NCBI RefSeq assembly: GCF_963921235.1 | Contig: NC_086097.1 | Location: 224,752,001 to 224,816,000 of the forward strand | Length of the DNA stretch: 64,000 nucleotides | Direction: 5' to 3' | From: Mobula hypostoma | Taxonomy: Eukaryota | Shown here: one piece after another, positions 1 through 11,835 of the stretch | Numbering within the stretch: the first letter of the stretch is position 1 | Layout of the letters: every line of letters starts with the position of its first letter | Made by a program: the position numbers and the translations under genes | The notes under the pieces: model-generated | Seen by the model: only the letters and a program-made list of their open reading frames with translations | Database searches by the model: none | Told to the model about the DNA's origin: nothing

Positions 1-970
1 AATGTAATATAATTATATAATATTATATTATGTTTTATAATTTGGTAATTCTTCCAATGTTTTCATTTCTTGTTTGTTATGTAAAATTAACATTCTCAAC
101 ATACATATGACAGAATATATTGATCTTACAGAATATATTAAAGAATTTCAGGATGTATATTGTATACATCTCTCTGATATTAAATGTACTTATTGGAAAC
201 AGAGTGCTAGATCTTTAAAACATAGTGTTGACATCCTGATGTAACATTTCCTTGGCTACAGGGTTAGAAAGAAAACAACTGGCAAATTCAGAAAATTAAA
301 TCTCTTTGTTTCAGGCCTGGCTGATCCAACAGTCAGTCGATATGATGTGAGAGACACCCCCAGACTTTGACTACCTTCTGGTTAATCTAGCAATATGTCT
401 CATTGGGTTTCAGAGTGCCAGTAAAATTTGTTTTCCAATTTGTTGTGTGCTGTAAAATCATAGTCCCAAATGTGCAAATGCCAGACAATTGTAACTACAG
501 GGAAATTGATGAAAACAATTAAAAATCAATGCCAAGTAAAATCAATTTCACCACACTACAGACTCTGATGATTTGAAAACAAAGCAAAAAGTGCTATGAT
601 TGAAAAAAGACAGATGCTGGATATTTGAAATAAGAACAGAAAATGAATGAAATACTCAGCAAGTCAGGTAACATCCATGGAAAGAGAAACTAAATTAACA
701 TATCAGGTGAGTGACTCTTCATTAAAAACTGGGATAGAAAGAAAAAGATTGTTTTAGGTTGTAGAGGGAAGAAAGGGAATATCTCTGATTGGATGGAGTC
801 AGGATTGTCATGGTGATATTAAGTACAGAAGGTATTCTCTGTGACAACCAGCAACACAGAGATGTAACTTCCTGTCAAAGTGATTAAATTTCTTTGAATT
901 TGAGAATGGTTTGCACATGCAATAAAACATGACATGTTGTTAGCAGTCCTGGCTGACTGCTGGGTGTGCG

Positions 971-1208
971 TGTCTGCTGTGTGTTGTCTGCTGTGAGTTG
1001 TCTGGTGTGAGTTGTCTGCTGTGTACCGTCTAGTTTGTGTTGTCTGGTGTGAGTTTTCTGGTGTGAGTTGTCTGCTGTGAGTTGTCTACTGTGTACTGTC
1101 TACTTTGTGTTGTCTGGTGTGAGTTTTCTGGTGTGAGTTGTCTGGTGTGAGTTGTCTGCTGTGTACTGTCTAGTTTGTGTTGTCTGGTGTGCATTGTCTG
1201 GTGTGTCT
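971..1208. repeat. Minisatellite, 14-bp unit (~TGTGAGTTGTCTGG) with 70-bp higher-order period
   Basis: The variant unit GTGTAC(C/T)GTC recurs at 1021, 1091 and 1161, i.e. every 5 x 14 bp. Confidence 0.9.
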
Positions 1209-1611
1209 AGTGGGAAGTGCCTAATATTTGCCATTTGATGTGTAGAGCAGAGGTGGGTGATGCTCATGACACAGGACAATCCGGACGATTCACCTTCTCT
1301 TAGTGGAGAATTGTGTCTTTGTAGTAACTCAGGGTGAAATCATCAGTCAAATCATATTACTACATAGCTTTCTCCTAAATAGGCAGAATTTCAGGAACAA
1401 TGGGGTGGTGTTATCTTGACAAACTGGTGTGGAACATTTAATTTTAGACCAGCGGTGTAGTTTAGCTGCATTTTCATCCTTCTGCAATTCCCTACGTGGC
1501 TCTTGTGTTGGGATTGGTGTGTTTGTGGTCAGCCCTCTTGCACTATTGCACCGAATCAGCACGAACAACACCCTTCAGATTCGGGAATAGAATCAGCAGC
1601 AGGAAAACAGA

Positions 1612-2305
1612 GAGCATGTCTTGTGAGGAGAAGCTGAGTGAGCTGGGGCTTTACTTCTTGGAGTGAAGGAGGATGTGAGGTGACTTGATAGAAATATATA
1701 AGGTGACAAGAGGCATGGTGGGGTTGACTTGTTCTCCAATCTTGGCAATTTACTTACAAACATCACATCACCATACGAGAAGAGAAATCAGTGCACTGTT
1801 AATTATGATAAAGGCTTCACCTTTATACACTTATCAATCAGCTGATTGGTCATCATTACAGAAAGGCATAGATAAAGTGGGCGGCCAGCATCTTTACTCC
1901 CAGAGCAGAAATGGCTGATACGAGTAGGCTTATTGGAAGGTAATTGGAGGAAAGTATAAGGGGGGGGGGGGAGATGTCATAGTAATGTACACGAAATGCT
2001 GCAAGAACTCAGCAAGTCAGGCAGCACCTGTGAAGGGGAATAATCAGTTGACATTTAGGGCCAAGTCTCTTCATCCAGGACTTTGGATGTCAGAGATTTC
2101 AAAGGTATGTTTTTCACTCAGAAATTGGTGGGTGCATGGAATGCACTGGGAGGGGTTGTGATGGTAGAGGTGGATAAATTATGGATATTTAAGAGACTCT
2201 TAGATATGTGGATGAAAGAAAATGGAGGGCTACGTGGGAGGGAAGCGTTACATTGAATATCATGGGCTTGAAGGCCTGTATTGTGCTGTACTATTCTATG
2301 TTCTA
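1612..2305 (+). mobile_element. CR1 LINE 3' fragment, interrupted
   Basis: Degenerate ORF2 C-terminus (DLIEIYK; later VGAWNAL) and a CTATTCTATGTTCTA tail. A Penelope-type short repeat is inserted at ~1988-2082. Confidence 0.8.
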
Positions 2306-2849
2306 AAACCCATTGATAAGAATTCTGCTCGCTTAGTGAATTAACAGAATCTCCAGGCATATATATATTTTCATAAAGCGGTTTGAGTTTTTCACTCCAG
2401 TTGCATTTTAAGTTCAGCCTAAATATTTGCACTGCGCCGTATGCATTAACTCACACAAAACTCTGTTTAGCCTTAGACTTTCTCTCTGGGCTGACTCAGT
2501 CCCTGTAGTGCTGGTGCTCCCAGAATGCTGCTGCATAGGAAAATTCAGACAAATGGCCAGTAATGGAGTAACAGTGAAACAGATGGTGAAGGTAATGGTG
2601 CCCAAATGAGATTGTTGGTCTTGACTACTGTTGGTGGTAGAACTATTCAGCTGGGAGGCATTTTTGAAAGAAACAGCAACAAACTAGTGGTGGCTGAATC
2701 GAAAACTATGATCAAAAAAAGATCTTAGATATCCATTTTTATATAGTTCATATTATCGTAGCAGAGACCTTTAAAGGTCACTACCTAGGCTTAAGTCAGT
2801 TTCTTGCTATATCATCTGTAGACTTGGCAATTTGTCTTTGAGTTTAAAG

Positions 2850-3790
2850 ACATTCTGAAGATGTGGGTTTTGTCATGCCTGTGACGTCAGAGTGCCCACT
2901 CAATTTCCAGTTGTACAAACTCTGGAATTCCCCAAAAACCCACACGTTATGGGAGATTTTCCTTGGTTTGTGCCCTGAGTTGCTGGAGCTCCATGAAGCA
3001 TGAATGCCAAGAACTGGGTGGCTGGAATTTATGACGGTGAGGGAACATCGACTTCCTTACATTTAAATTAATGAAGAACAAGTGAGTGAGATTTGCTGTC
3101 TGATTATCTCATAGTCACCCAAGTCCTTGGTAGTCAGCTGCAGATCCAAAAACTCTCCTAAAGATTTTCACCAAGAGTCATGGAGTTCTTTCCATCTGCC
3201 AACTCTTGGAGATGCAGAGATACTGTTTATTCTTGCCATCTTCCAAGCATATCAGGCTCATCCATGGTGGTCTCCATTTGGTGCTTCACATTAGACAGCC
3301 TTTCCTACAATCGACAGTGCTTGCTTTGTTCTTCATGAGCTCCTGTCAAGAAGTCATGTTCTGGTTTGCCTCACATACTCTTCAATTTATGCAGATTTTA
3401 TGAGCTGATAATTCCCTCAGGAATACCTTTGGACTAATTAAGACATAGCATTTATATGTCTCCAATATTGGGCAGGAGATGGGAACCTCCCAGGCTGTTG
3501 AAGCCTGGATTTTTCTCTTTGTTTTCATTAGTTTATTCAAGATTCTGAACTGGAGTTTACTAGTGATCATTCCTATTATAATATTGGACACTTCAGATAG
3601 AAATAGCTCTGTCCATTTTTCATCACTCAACACAACATTACTTTTCCAAACCTATTTTCCTGTCAGCAGTTTTCCAAGCTTGGATGTATTCTACTTTCTC
3701 CCTTCTTTTTTCTCTCTCTCAATTTTTTTTTTCTCAATGCATGCTCCATTTTTGACACCAAAGGTGATCTTGATTGGATATGTGGAATGA
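2850..3790 (-). pseudogene. Highly decayed L1-like LINE relics
   Basis: Minus-strand translations (EKWTELFL...KLQFRILNKL; ERLSNVKHQ...) only weakly resemble L1 ORF2 C-terminus and ORF1, with many stops. Confidence 0.3.
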
Positions 3791-4227
3791 GAATTTATAT
3801 TAGAAGTAGTTTTGGTTTGACAGTTATAGAAATGTAACAGGCCCTGGAATTGCTTTTTCTTGGGTGTGATGCTGTATTTTAAAATAAATTCTGAGAAAGA
3901 GCAACATGCAATCTGTTCAGGAGAGATTAGTTTGCCACATTTATAGGCCAGTTTTGGTCTTTATGTTTCCAGAGTTCCTCCATGTTCAAAATGCTGCATG
4001 TATTGTGAAACCACTTGGGTTCCTGATTCAGAGATCACCAAAGCAAGCTTTGCACAGTAGAATTTCAGCACAGTCATTAGGCGCTCCCTGGCCACAGAAA
4101 CAGAACAGAACAGGTCTGTAGTCTGTTCGTCAGACCTTTCTTATAATCAGAAATACATATAAAAACTAAATGAAATAAGCAGTGCAAAAAGAGAGCAGAA
4201 AAAGGAAAAAAAATAGTGAGATAGTGT

Positions 4228-4456
4228 TGTAGGATTTTGTAAATAAACGTGCGAGAGTCATATTACATGCTTAACAAAAGCTGCAGTCCTTTACTTCTAT
4301 TACGAACAAACAAAAGCAGTACCTTACACTAATATTATTATGTCAGACGGCGTCTCTTAAAGTGAACACAACAACTCGATGATGTTTGCAAATTATGTAG
4401 AACAGTTTCTATTATGAGCAATGTGTGTCACCTGTCACCCATTACATTACCCTACA
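4228..4456. mobile_element. Solo LTR, 229 bp
   Basis: TGTAGG...CCTACA inverted termini with 4-bp TSD GTGT (4224-4227 and 4457-4460); splits a Rex1-type 3' tail. Confidence 0.75.
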
Positions 4457-4529
4457 GTGTACATGCATTCATGGTCCATTTAGAAATCTGAAAGTAGAGC
4501 GAGGAAGCTGTTCCTGAAATGTTCAGTGT

Positions 4530-5875
4530 ATCAAATAAACTCTTCTCTGACTTTCAGCCAGGTACAGGTATTGATTATGACAGACATTTCAATGACAAAC
4601 TCTGCCATCTTCATCAGGGATGATGCCTGGGCATGTCTAGTCTGGTGGTATTTATACCCCCGTAGTCCATTCCACATGATTGGTTAGTCCTCATCCAATA
4701 AGGTTTCCGCTCTCCCACCTTGTTTATGATTGAATTCCAGTTCTTAATTAACGTGAGACCTTCATCTTTGTGAAAATACTTTTCCTCTACTTTTATTTCA
4801 ATGACTTCCTTCATTAGGTGGTGCAAAAGCCATTGGGGCGGCACAGGAGTTTGTGCTGAAGTTAATTCTATGGCCTTTGTGAATGCAATGTTCTGCTACT
4901 GCCGATTTCTCCAAGAAACCCAAATGGATACACCTCCTGCGCTACTTGATGCGGGTTTCCACTGTGCGTCCCATGTGGCCAATATACGCTGTTCTGTATT
5001 CACAGGGAATGATGTAAACATTAGCCATTCTGAGTCCCAGGTTATCTATGACCCACATAAGCTGTGATTCGAGTTTCCTTACAGGTTTGTGAATGGTATT
5101 AATCTGGTATTTCTTCAGGATCCTGGCGGTCCTTCCAGAAAACATGGAAATATAAGGAAGACAGGTGGTAGCAATGGGTTCCTCTTTGTTGTTCTGTTTC
5201 CTGGTTTTTCCCGTTGGCCCTTTTAAGGGCCTAATTGATTTCCTTCACTTTATAGCCATTCTGTAGGAATGTCGTGCATAATCGTCTCATTTTCTCGGAG
5301 AGACTCTTTGGGCCCGAAATAGTTTTCACACAGTTAGTCAAAGTAGATAAAGAGCTGCTTTATGTTGGGAAGCATGATGGTAGCAGTTATTGGTGAGGTA
5401 TAAGTCCTTGTGAGTGGGTTTCTAATAGATGCCATGTCCGAGGCTACTGTCCAGATTCTTTATATTAGAATGTCCAGGAACGGGAGGCAACCATTCTTCT
5501 CCATCTCCATCATAAATTGAATATTTGGATGTATGCTGTTCAGATGGTCATGGAATTGTTGGAGTGCATGGAGTCCATGAGGCCACACTATGAAGATGCC
5601 ATCAATGTATCTGAAGCAGCATTTGGGGCGTTAAGGTGATGAACTCAGAGCCCTCTCTTAAAAGTCCTCCATGTAGAAATTAGTAATAGCTGGCAATAAG
5701 GATGATCCCATGGACATTCCATCAGTTTGTTCATAGTAGTTCCCCTTACATAGGAAGTACATCGATGTAAGGGTGTGTTCAAGAAGGTCAGTGGTATCCT
5801 AATCAAAGCTTGACCACAGGAGGACCAAGCTGTCCTTAATGGGAACTCTAGTGAACAGGGACAACAAGTCAAATC
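4530..5875 (-). mobile_element. Penelope-like element (Poseidon-type), 5' truncated, RT plus GIY-YIG remnants
   Basis: GIY-YIG remnant VYIIPCEYRTAYIGHMGRTVETRIK; RT remnants YEQTDGMSMGS and RYIDGIFIVWPHG; hammerhead-like core near the 3' end. Confidence 0.85.
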
Positions 5876-5881
5876 TGACCA

Positions 5882-6160
5882 TTAAGTCCTCCATTGTGTG
5901 TGTGTCTTCAGGCTCCTGTACCTCCTCCTTGACAGTAGCAATGAGAAGAGGGCATGTCCTGAGTGAAAGGGGTCCTTAATGACTGATGCCACCTTCTTGG
6001 GGCATTGCTTTCTGAAGGTGTCCTGGATGCTGGGGAGGCGAGTGCCCAGATGGAGCTGGCTGAGTTTACAACTTTCCGCAGCTTTTCCCAATCCTGTGCA
6101 TAGCAGACAGAGATGCAACCAGTTAGAATGCTCTTCACAGTACATCTGTAGAAATTTGAC
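5882..6160 (-). mobile_element. Rex1/Babar LINE 3' fragment
   Basis: SILTGCISV...ASVIKDPFHSGHALFSLLLSRRRYRSLKTHT matches the ORF C-terminus. Confidence 0.85.
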
Positions 6161-8129
6161 GTATCAAGTCCATACCAAGTGAGTTTCTGGACCCAATCCT
6201 GACCTTGTGGAATGAGAGCATTTAACTGCTCAAACTACTCAGGTAGGAGATAGCTCGCTATTTTCCCAGTATAGTTTGGTGTGAACCATTGCTGCTCCAC
6301 AATGGACATTTAGGAGACCTCCTCACCAAAGCAAAAGGTTTGGTGTTCTTTCTTTACTCCCAATGGAAGTAGCGAGGATGTAATTTAATAATAAATTCCT
6401 ACCCAGAGGAATTATTTTCATCTTTGGGACTTTAGGGACCTCAACTTGATCAATTTACTGAACTCAACATCAAGTACACATTAAACAAGTACACACACAG
6501 GCGTCTTTGCTCCGTGGGCCACTTCTTCAGAACGAAGACCATCATCCTCGACCTCCAGGGATAGCCACGATGACGACTGAACTCATAAATGCTAAGCAAG
6601 ATACTGTATATGATAGGTTAATGGTCGGATTTGAAAGGAAATTCAAGTCCTTACAGGAGTTTAATTGTTGCAATTTCAAGTCTGCCACCAGATATCATTA
6701 TTAAGGTGAGAAAAGATTACATGGAAAATTTGCCTGCATTCTTCACCCAGAAGAATTCTGCTTGCTTTATTGTGAAATCTAACTGGATCAAATATTGTCT
6801 GTATTAAATTCTGACCTCTGAGCAGACAATCTACAAACTGTACATTCTCCATTTCATGGCCTTGGGATTTAAATTTGGACCTCTGAGTTATCCAAGGAAC
6901 TTCTCTGCATTTTGACAACCAAATCCTGCACTACACAGTAGGAGATTCAAAGCAAAGGAAGAGATCCAAGCCACACGCCTTTCACTGCCTCCTCAGCTTC
7001 TGAGCTGAATGCCTTGCAGTGTTAAATTTCCTGACAAGGAACACATGTGAACCAGCCCAGAACTGTGACTTGCGGGAGTGGAGGGGGGAGGGGGGTCATT
7101 ATTCTGCTCAACTCTTCTGCTGCGCAAAGTAACTATGAAAGTGAAGGTAAGGCAATTGCCAGACAGACTTTGGCACTGATCCTTGGAATTGCCCGTTTTT
7201 ATAATTTACTAATTGTAGTTTTTCCCTTTAATATTTGTTTATACTATAGAAATAAAATTCAGTTGTAAGGTAATCGATCATATTAAATGTTTATTTTGAG
7301 GTTCCAGGTGACAGAATCTTACAGGACTAAAAGTGCCCATTCAGCCCAAATTACAAATGCAAGCACTTTGAAAACTCCATCCTCTTTATTCTTATAATAT
7401 GAATTTACAAACCTTCATATTTGGTTCTGTTAAGATATTTCCAAGATTATGTTTTTATCTTTGTTTCAGGTATGTGATTTTTATATCCTAACAATCCACG
7501 TTGCATGTTGCAGCGTACAGGACTCGACCAAATTCTCCGATGTTATATACACATTGTTTCTGTTTCTGAGCAAACTCAATATTGTTGTCTGCCATCTTCT
7601 TTTCTTCACTATTTTTTAATTTAGTTCGACTATGCAACATTACAGAGACAAAACAACAATGCTTACCTTTGGAGAAGTTCTCACTTTGATGGGAGTTTTC
7701 TATATCCCTCTCTCACTAATCTCCTGTTTTTATTGCTCTTCGACAATGTTCTCAGCAAGATCTTGTACTAAAGCGACAAGTCCTTCCTCGATATGTGTGC
7801 TCACCACAAGTTCCAGATTCTTGTGTCTCAATCATATTATCAATTGCCCTTTTTTCACCCAAAGGAGAAGCACCCTTTGTTTCACCCATTGCCCCATCCA
7901 CCTTCTCTGTTATCTAAACTAACTGACTCTCTCTCTCTCTCTCTCTCTCTGAGTTCTGTTGAAGAGTCTCAGATCTGAAACATTCACTGTTTCTCTTTCC
8001 ACAGATGCTGCTTGACCAGCTGTTTTACCATAATTTTCTGTTTTATCCAATATTATCTTCCTTTAAAATACTATTTTGTAAAGTACAAAATGATTTCTCC
8101 AATTTAACAATAACAATAGAAGTAATCTT

Positions 8130-8850
8130 AGTAGATGGATAGATCGATAGATAGATCCCGAGGGAAATTGGGTTTTGTTACAGCCGCACCAACCAAGAAT
8201 AGAGCATAAATATAGCAATACAAAAACCACAAACAATCAAACAACAAATTGCAGACTATGCCAGATGGAAAATAAGTCCAGGACCAGCCTGTTGGCTCAG
8301 GGTGTCTGACCCTCCACGGGAGGAGCTGCACATTTGAAGGCCACAGGCAGGAACGACCTCCCGTGCCGCCCAGTGTTGTATCTCGGTGGAATATGGCCGA
8401 AGTCCAACAACAAAAAGTTCAATATTCGGTCTACAAATACGTTCCTCGATCGTAATATGACCCGGATTGCACCATCTGTTGTTAACCAGGACAGTAAGCA
8501 CCCAACTCCTTTACGCTTACCTCTCTCAGTGCACTTCTTGTCAGCCCCGAACGGTCTGGAAGCTGTCCATGGAGAAGTTTTGATCGGGTATGTCCTCGTG
8601 CAGCCCCGTTCCAGTGAAACACATAACATTGCACTCCCGAAATGTTCTCTGACGCCTGAATAGCGCCGTGAACTCGTCCATTTTATTACCCACCGAACTC
8701 CTCTTCTCCATAAGTCTCTGTTGTACAGTATCTGTGCTTCCAGATCCGTATTATCATAGTCCGACAAAATAGGGCGGAAGGGCTTTCTCACAGAAGTAGA
8801 TTTTCCTTTGGATTTTGCTGGGTTTGTTTTATTGGAAAATGAAACCACAG
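8130..8850 (-). mobile_element. Internally deleted Rex1/Babar element: AP-endonuclease start fused to the 3' end
   Basis: APE motifs (CNVMCFT; VNNRWCNPGHITIEERIC...ELFVVGLRPY) join directly to C-terminal IPPRYNTGRHGRSFLPVA and a 3' UTR like that at 46650-46890. Confidence 0.75.
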
Positions 8851-9460
8851 TTCTGGTGATAATGTTGATCAGTTTACGCCTCTAATGGTTTGGAGTTTTA
8901 TAAAATTGTTTCAACATTCTTGTTCGACTGAGTCCAGTTATCTATAACTGATACCTCTCATTCTGCTTAGCTTCTAAGTCAGTTTAGTTTTTGCCCTCTA
9001 TAACAAATTATTTTCTTTAATTAAGGTAACATGCTATTTTTGTTGCTTTTAATCCTAGGAAATGATGAAGTTGAAAATAGGGGCACATGTAAAATAGGGG
9101 CTTTTAAACCTAGGAACAGATGAAGTCGGAAAATAGTGGCATTCCTACGACCACAGGAGAGAATTATAGTGACTAATTTCAGGCATAGATGCTGCAATGT
9201 CTGATACTGGCCACTGACAATGTGCAGCTGAGCTTGGAAACCTAATACTTATCCCTGGCTTCATGTATGCTTTCTGGGAAGATGCTACAGAAGGATGGGT
9301 TTGGTGTGGGGAAGCACAATCTTTGTCATCTGATGTGCTATGGAACATGAAGATGCATGCGAATTTTTTAAAAAATTTAAAAAATACATATTTTCTGGTC
9401 GTTGATTTCAGGGCCATATTCATGCAAGTTGAAACTGTAAGTAGCAGGTGAGCCACAGTT

Positions 9461-9895
9461 AAGATGGCATCGAGGGTCCTCATTCTTTGTCATCAGTAAG
9501 TTCTGGGGTCGATTCTGAAGATGTAAACCCAAAGGTCGATTGGGAATCTGGAAGTTGACGCCCAATGGCCAGAGCCCTGATTCTGCGAATCTCAGCGACA
9601 TCCTCACTGGGGATGTCAAAGACCAAATGACGGCGTGTCCAAGTCCACTGGAGGCTGAAGATACCCTGACCTGGTGTCAAGGACTGTGCATGCGTGCGTG
9701 TGGGTGGGTGGCAGGGAGGAATGGGGCTTGATTTGCTGTTGTTGTTTTGTCACTTGTTGTGTCCTATGTAAACGCCAGAATGAGTGGCATCGCTTGCAAG
9801 CTGCCTTCCCTCTGCACATCCTGAGGTTGTGTTGGTTTTAAGTGCAAACTGCACATTTCTTTGTATGTTTCGATGTACATGTGATAAGTAAGTGT
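9461..9895 (+). mobile_element. Non-autonomous LINE-derived repeat
   Basis: Starts AAGATGGC and ends TTTCGATGTACATGTGATAA; the same 3' part occurs inverted at ~59655-59830. Confidence 0.55.
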
Positions 9896-10555
9896 CTTGT
9901 GTCTTGTATCTTGGATCTTGAACTACTTTCATTGAGATACCTGATAAATTGTTTCTCTCAATTTTTAATAAAATGTCTGACTGGCACATTGGGGTCGGGG
10001 TGTAGGTCTTTATTCTCTGAATTTGCCTTCAGTCCAACTGCTTTACCTCTGTTTATTATTCTGCAATGTAAACGTTGTTCTTATCACATTATCTTATCAG
10101 AAGTGTAGCAAAACTGAATAATAGCACATTTAGTATTGAATTAAACTTTTGAAAGAAACACAGAAAAGTTGCTGAGTTAATAGAGAGTTTCTCACATTAT
10201 TGGATTATTTACCAAAGGACATCAAATATTTACTGAGTACTTTAGAAAGCACTGCTTTCTAGTCTTGATTATTTTAGTAAATTTGTTTAGTACCACAGAT
10301 TATGCAGTCTGCCCAGCTCAGTACTCTGCCTCCAGAGTTGTCAATATTGGGCAATTCCTCGGTGTAAGAGGTTCAACTGCGGCCTCAGCCTGAGCCAAAG
10401 GAAGCAGCGGCAAGTCGTGTCTGCACATGTGTTATAAACTATGAACGGTTCACGATTTTAATCATAGCTTGCCGTCTTTTTACCAATGATGGGGTGCTCC
10501 ACCAGTTCACTATTATTAGAATGGCTCTGTTGTGTTACTAATCAGAGCGAAAGAC

Positions 10556-10665
10556 CTTGCATCTATACAGCTCATTCATGGCCTTGGGAATTCCCAAATC
10601 TTTTACAGTCACTGAAGTATTTTTAAGTGTTGTCTCCATTGCCATGTAGGAAAACACAACAGCCA
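10556..10665 (-). mobile_element. Old DeuSINE/SacSINE-like fragment
   Basis: TTGCATCTATACAGC...CCCAAA...TTTACAG...TGAAGTATTTTT...ATGTAGGAAAACAC resembles the shark Deu-SINE tail as I recall it. Confidence 0.4.
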
Positions 10666-11041
10666 GGCCCCACAGACCTATCAGGCAGTCTGTCTTAGTG
10701 AAACCATTGAAGGAATAAATGGATTGGAGGAAAGCCCCTGGGTCAGTGTGTCTGGAAGTGAGAGGCCCGAAGTTTGTGGGTCTGCAAGTCCAGGCCAAAG
10801 ACTGGAGACCTTCTGACCACAGGGCAGCCAAATAACAGCTGGAGGTCATGATGTCTTTGTCTGCCTCTTATGCATCATAAGTCATCATAAGGAGTTATGA
10901 TTAACTGCTGGTCAGATCATAGAGCCAGAATGCAGCTCGCCACTAAAAGTGATAAAAAGGCTACGATCAGTGAACGAAGCTGCAGTGGCATAATGTGCAG
11001 TTATGTTGGACTTAGAATAACTGCTCCCCCTGCAACTTGGA

Positions 11042-11530
11042 GTTCAAAGTTCAAAGTAAAATTTATTATCAGGGTACATATATGTCACCACATACAACCC
11101 TAAGACTCTTTTTCTGCGGGTATACTTAGCAAACAGTGACTGTAAACTGTAAACATCAAGAACTGTAAACTGTAAACAACTGTGCAAACACAGATATAAA
11201 TAAATAGCAATAAATAACAAGTGTGAAATAACAATATAACAGAGTCCTTAAATGAGTGTAGTTATCCCCTTTTGTTCAAGAGCCTGACGATCGAGGGTTA
11301 GTAACTGTTCTTGAACCTGGTGGTGCGAGTCCTGAGCACCTGTACCTTCTACCTGATGGTAGCAGTGGGAAAAGAGCATGGCCTGGGTGGTGAGCATCTT
11401 TGATAATGGACGCTGCTTTTCTATGGCAACATTTCATGTAGATGTGCTCAATGGTAGGTAGGGTTTTACCTGTGATGTGCTGGGCTGACCCGCTACCTTT
11501 TGTAGGATTTTCTGCTCAAAGTCATTGGTG
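11042..11530 (-). mobile_element. Rex1/Babar LINE 3' fragment
   Basis: (GTTCAAA)n tail on plus; minus encodes KAASIIKDAHHPGHALFPLLPSGRRY. Confidence 0.8.
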
Positions 11531-11644
11531 TTTTTTCACTGCTGTCCAATAAGACCTCCAGCTGATTACTTTGTCCTCAATTTGAAAGGCAGGTCAGAAT
11601 GAAAGTGACCAAAACGCGAAATACTGCAGATGCATCAGAAATAA

Positions 11645-11835
11645 TGGACACAGGAGGTTCGGCAGATGCTGGAAATCCAGAGTAACACACACAAAAAGCT
11701 GGAGGAACTCAGCTGGACTCCCTTCCTTTATAGCGTTGATGAAGGGTCTCAGCCCAAAACATCAATTGTTTATTCCTTTCCATAGATGCTGCTTGACCTG
11801 CTGAGTTCCTCCAGCATTTTGCTTGTGCTACTCTG
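11645..11835. mobile_element. Inverted pair of Penelope-derived terminal-repeat fragments
   Basis: CAGAGTAACACACACAAAAAGCTGGAGGAACTCAGC faces GCTGAGTTCCTCCAGCATTTTGCTTGTGCTACTCTG; decayed hammerhead core at ~11736-11763. Confidence 0.75.

Noticed and set aside
300..375. Possible acceptor TCTCTTTGTTTCAG followed by a short exon
   Set aside because: All frames close within ~55 nt or give no recognisable peptide, and the donors are weak
6676..7020. 80-aa minus-strand ORF, perhaps an L1 ORF1 relic (VRFH...RILL...IF)
   Set aside because: Similarity too faint to call without an HMM search; not supported as a host gene
9046..9142. Degenerate ~55-bp direct repeat (CCTAGGAA...GATGAAGT...GAAAATAG)
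   Set aside because: Only two diverged copies; not a CRISPR array and no clear function
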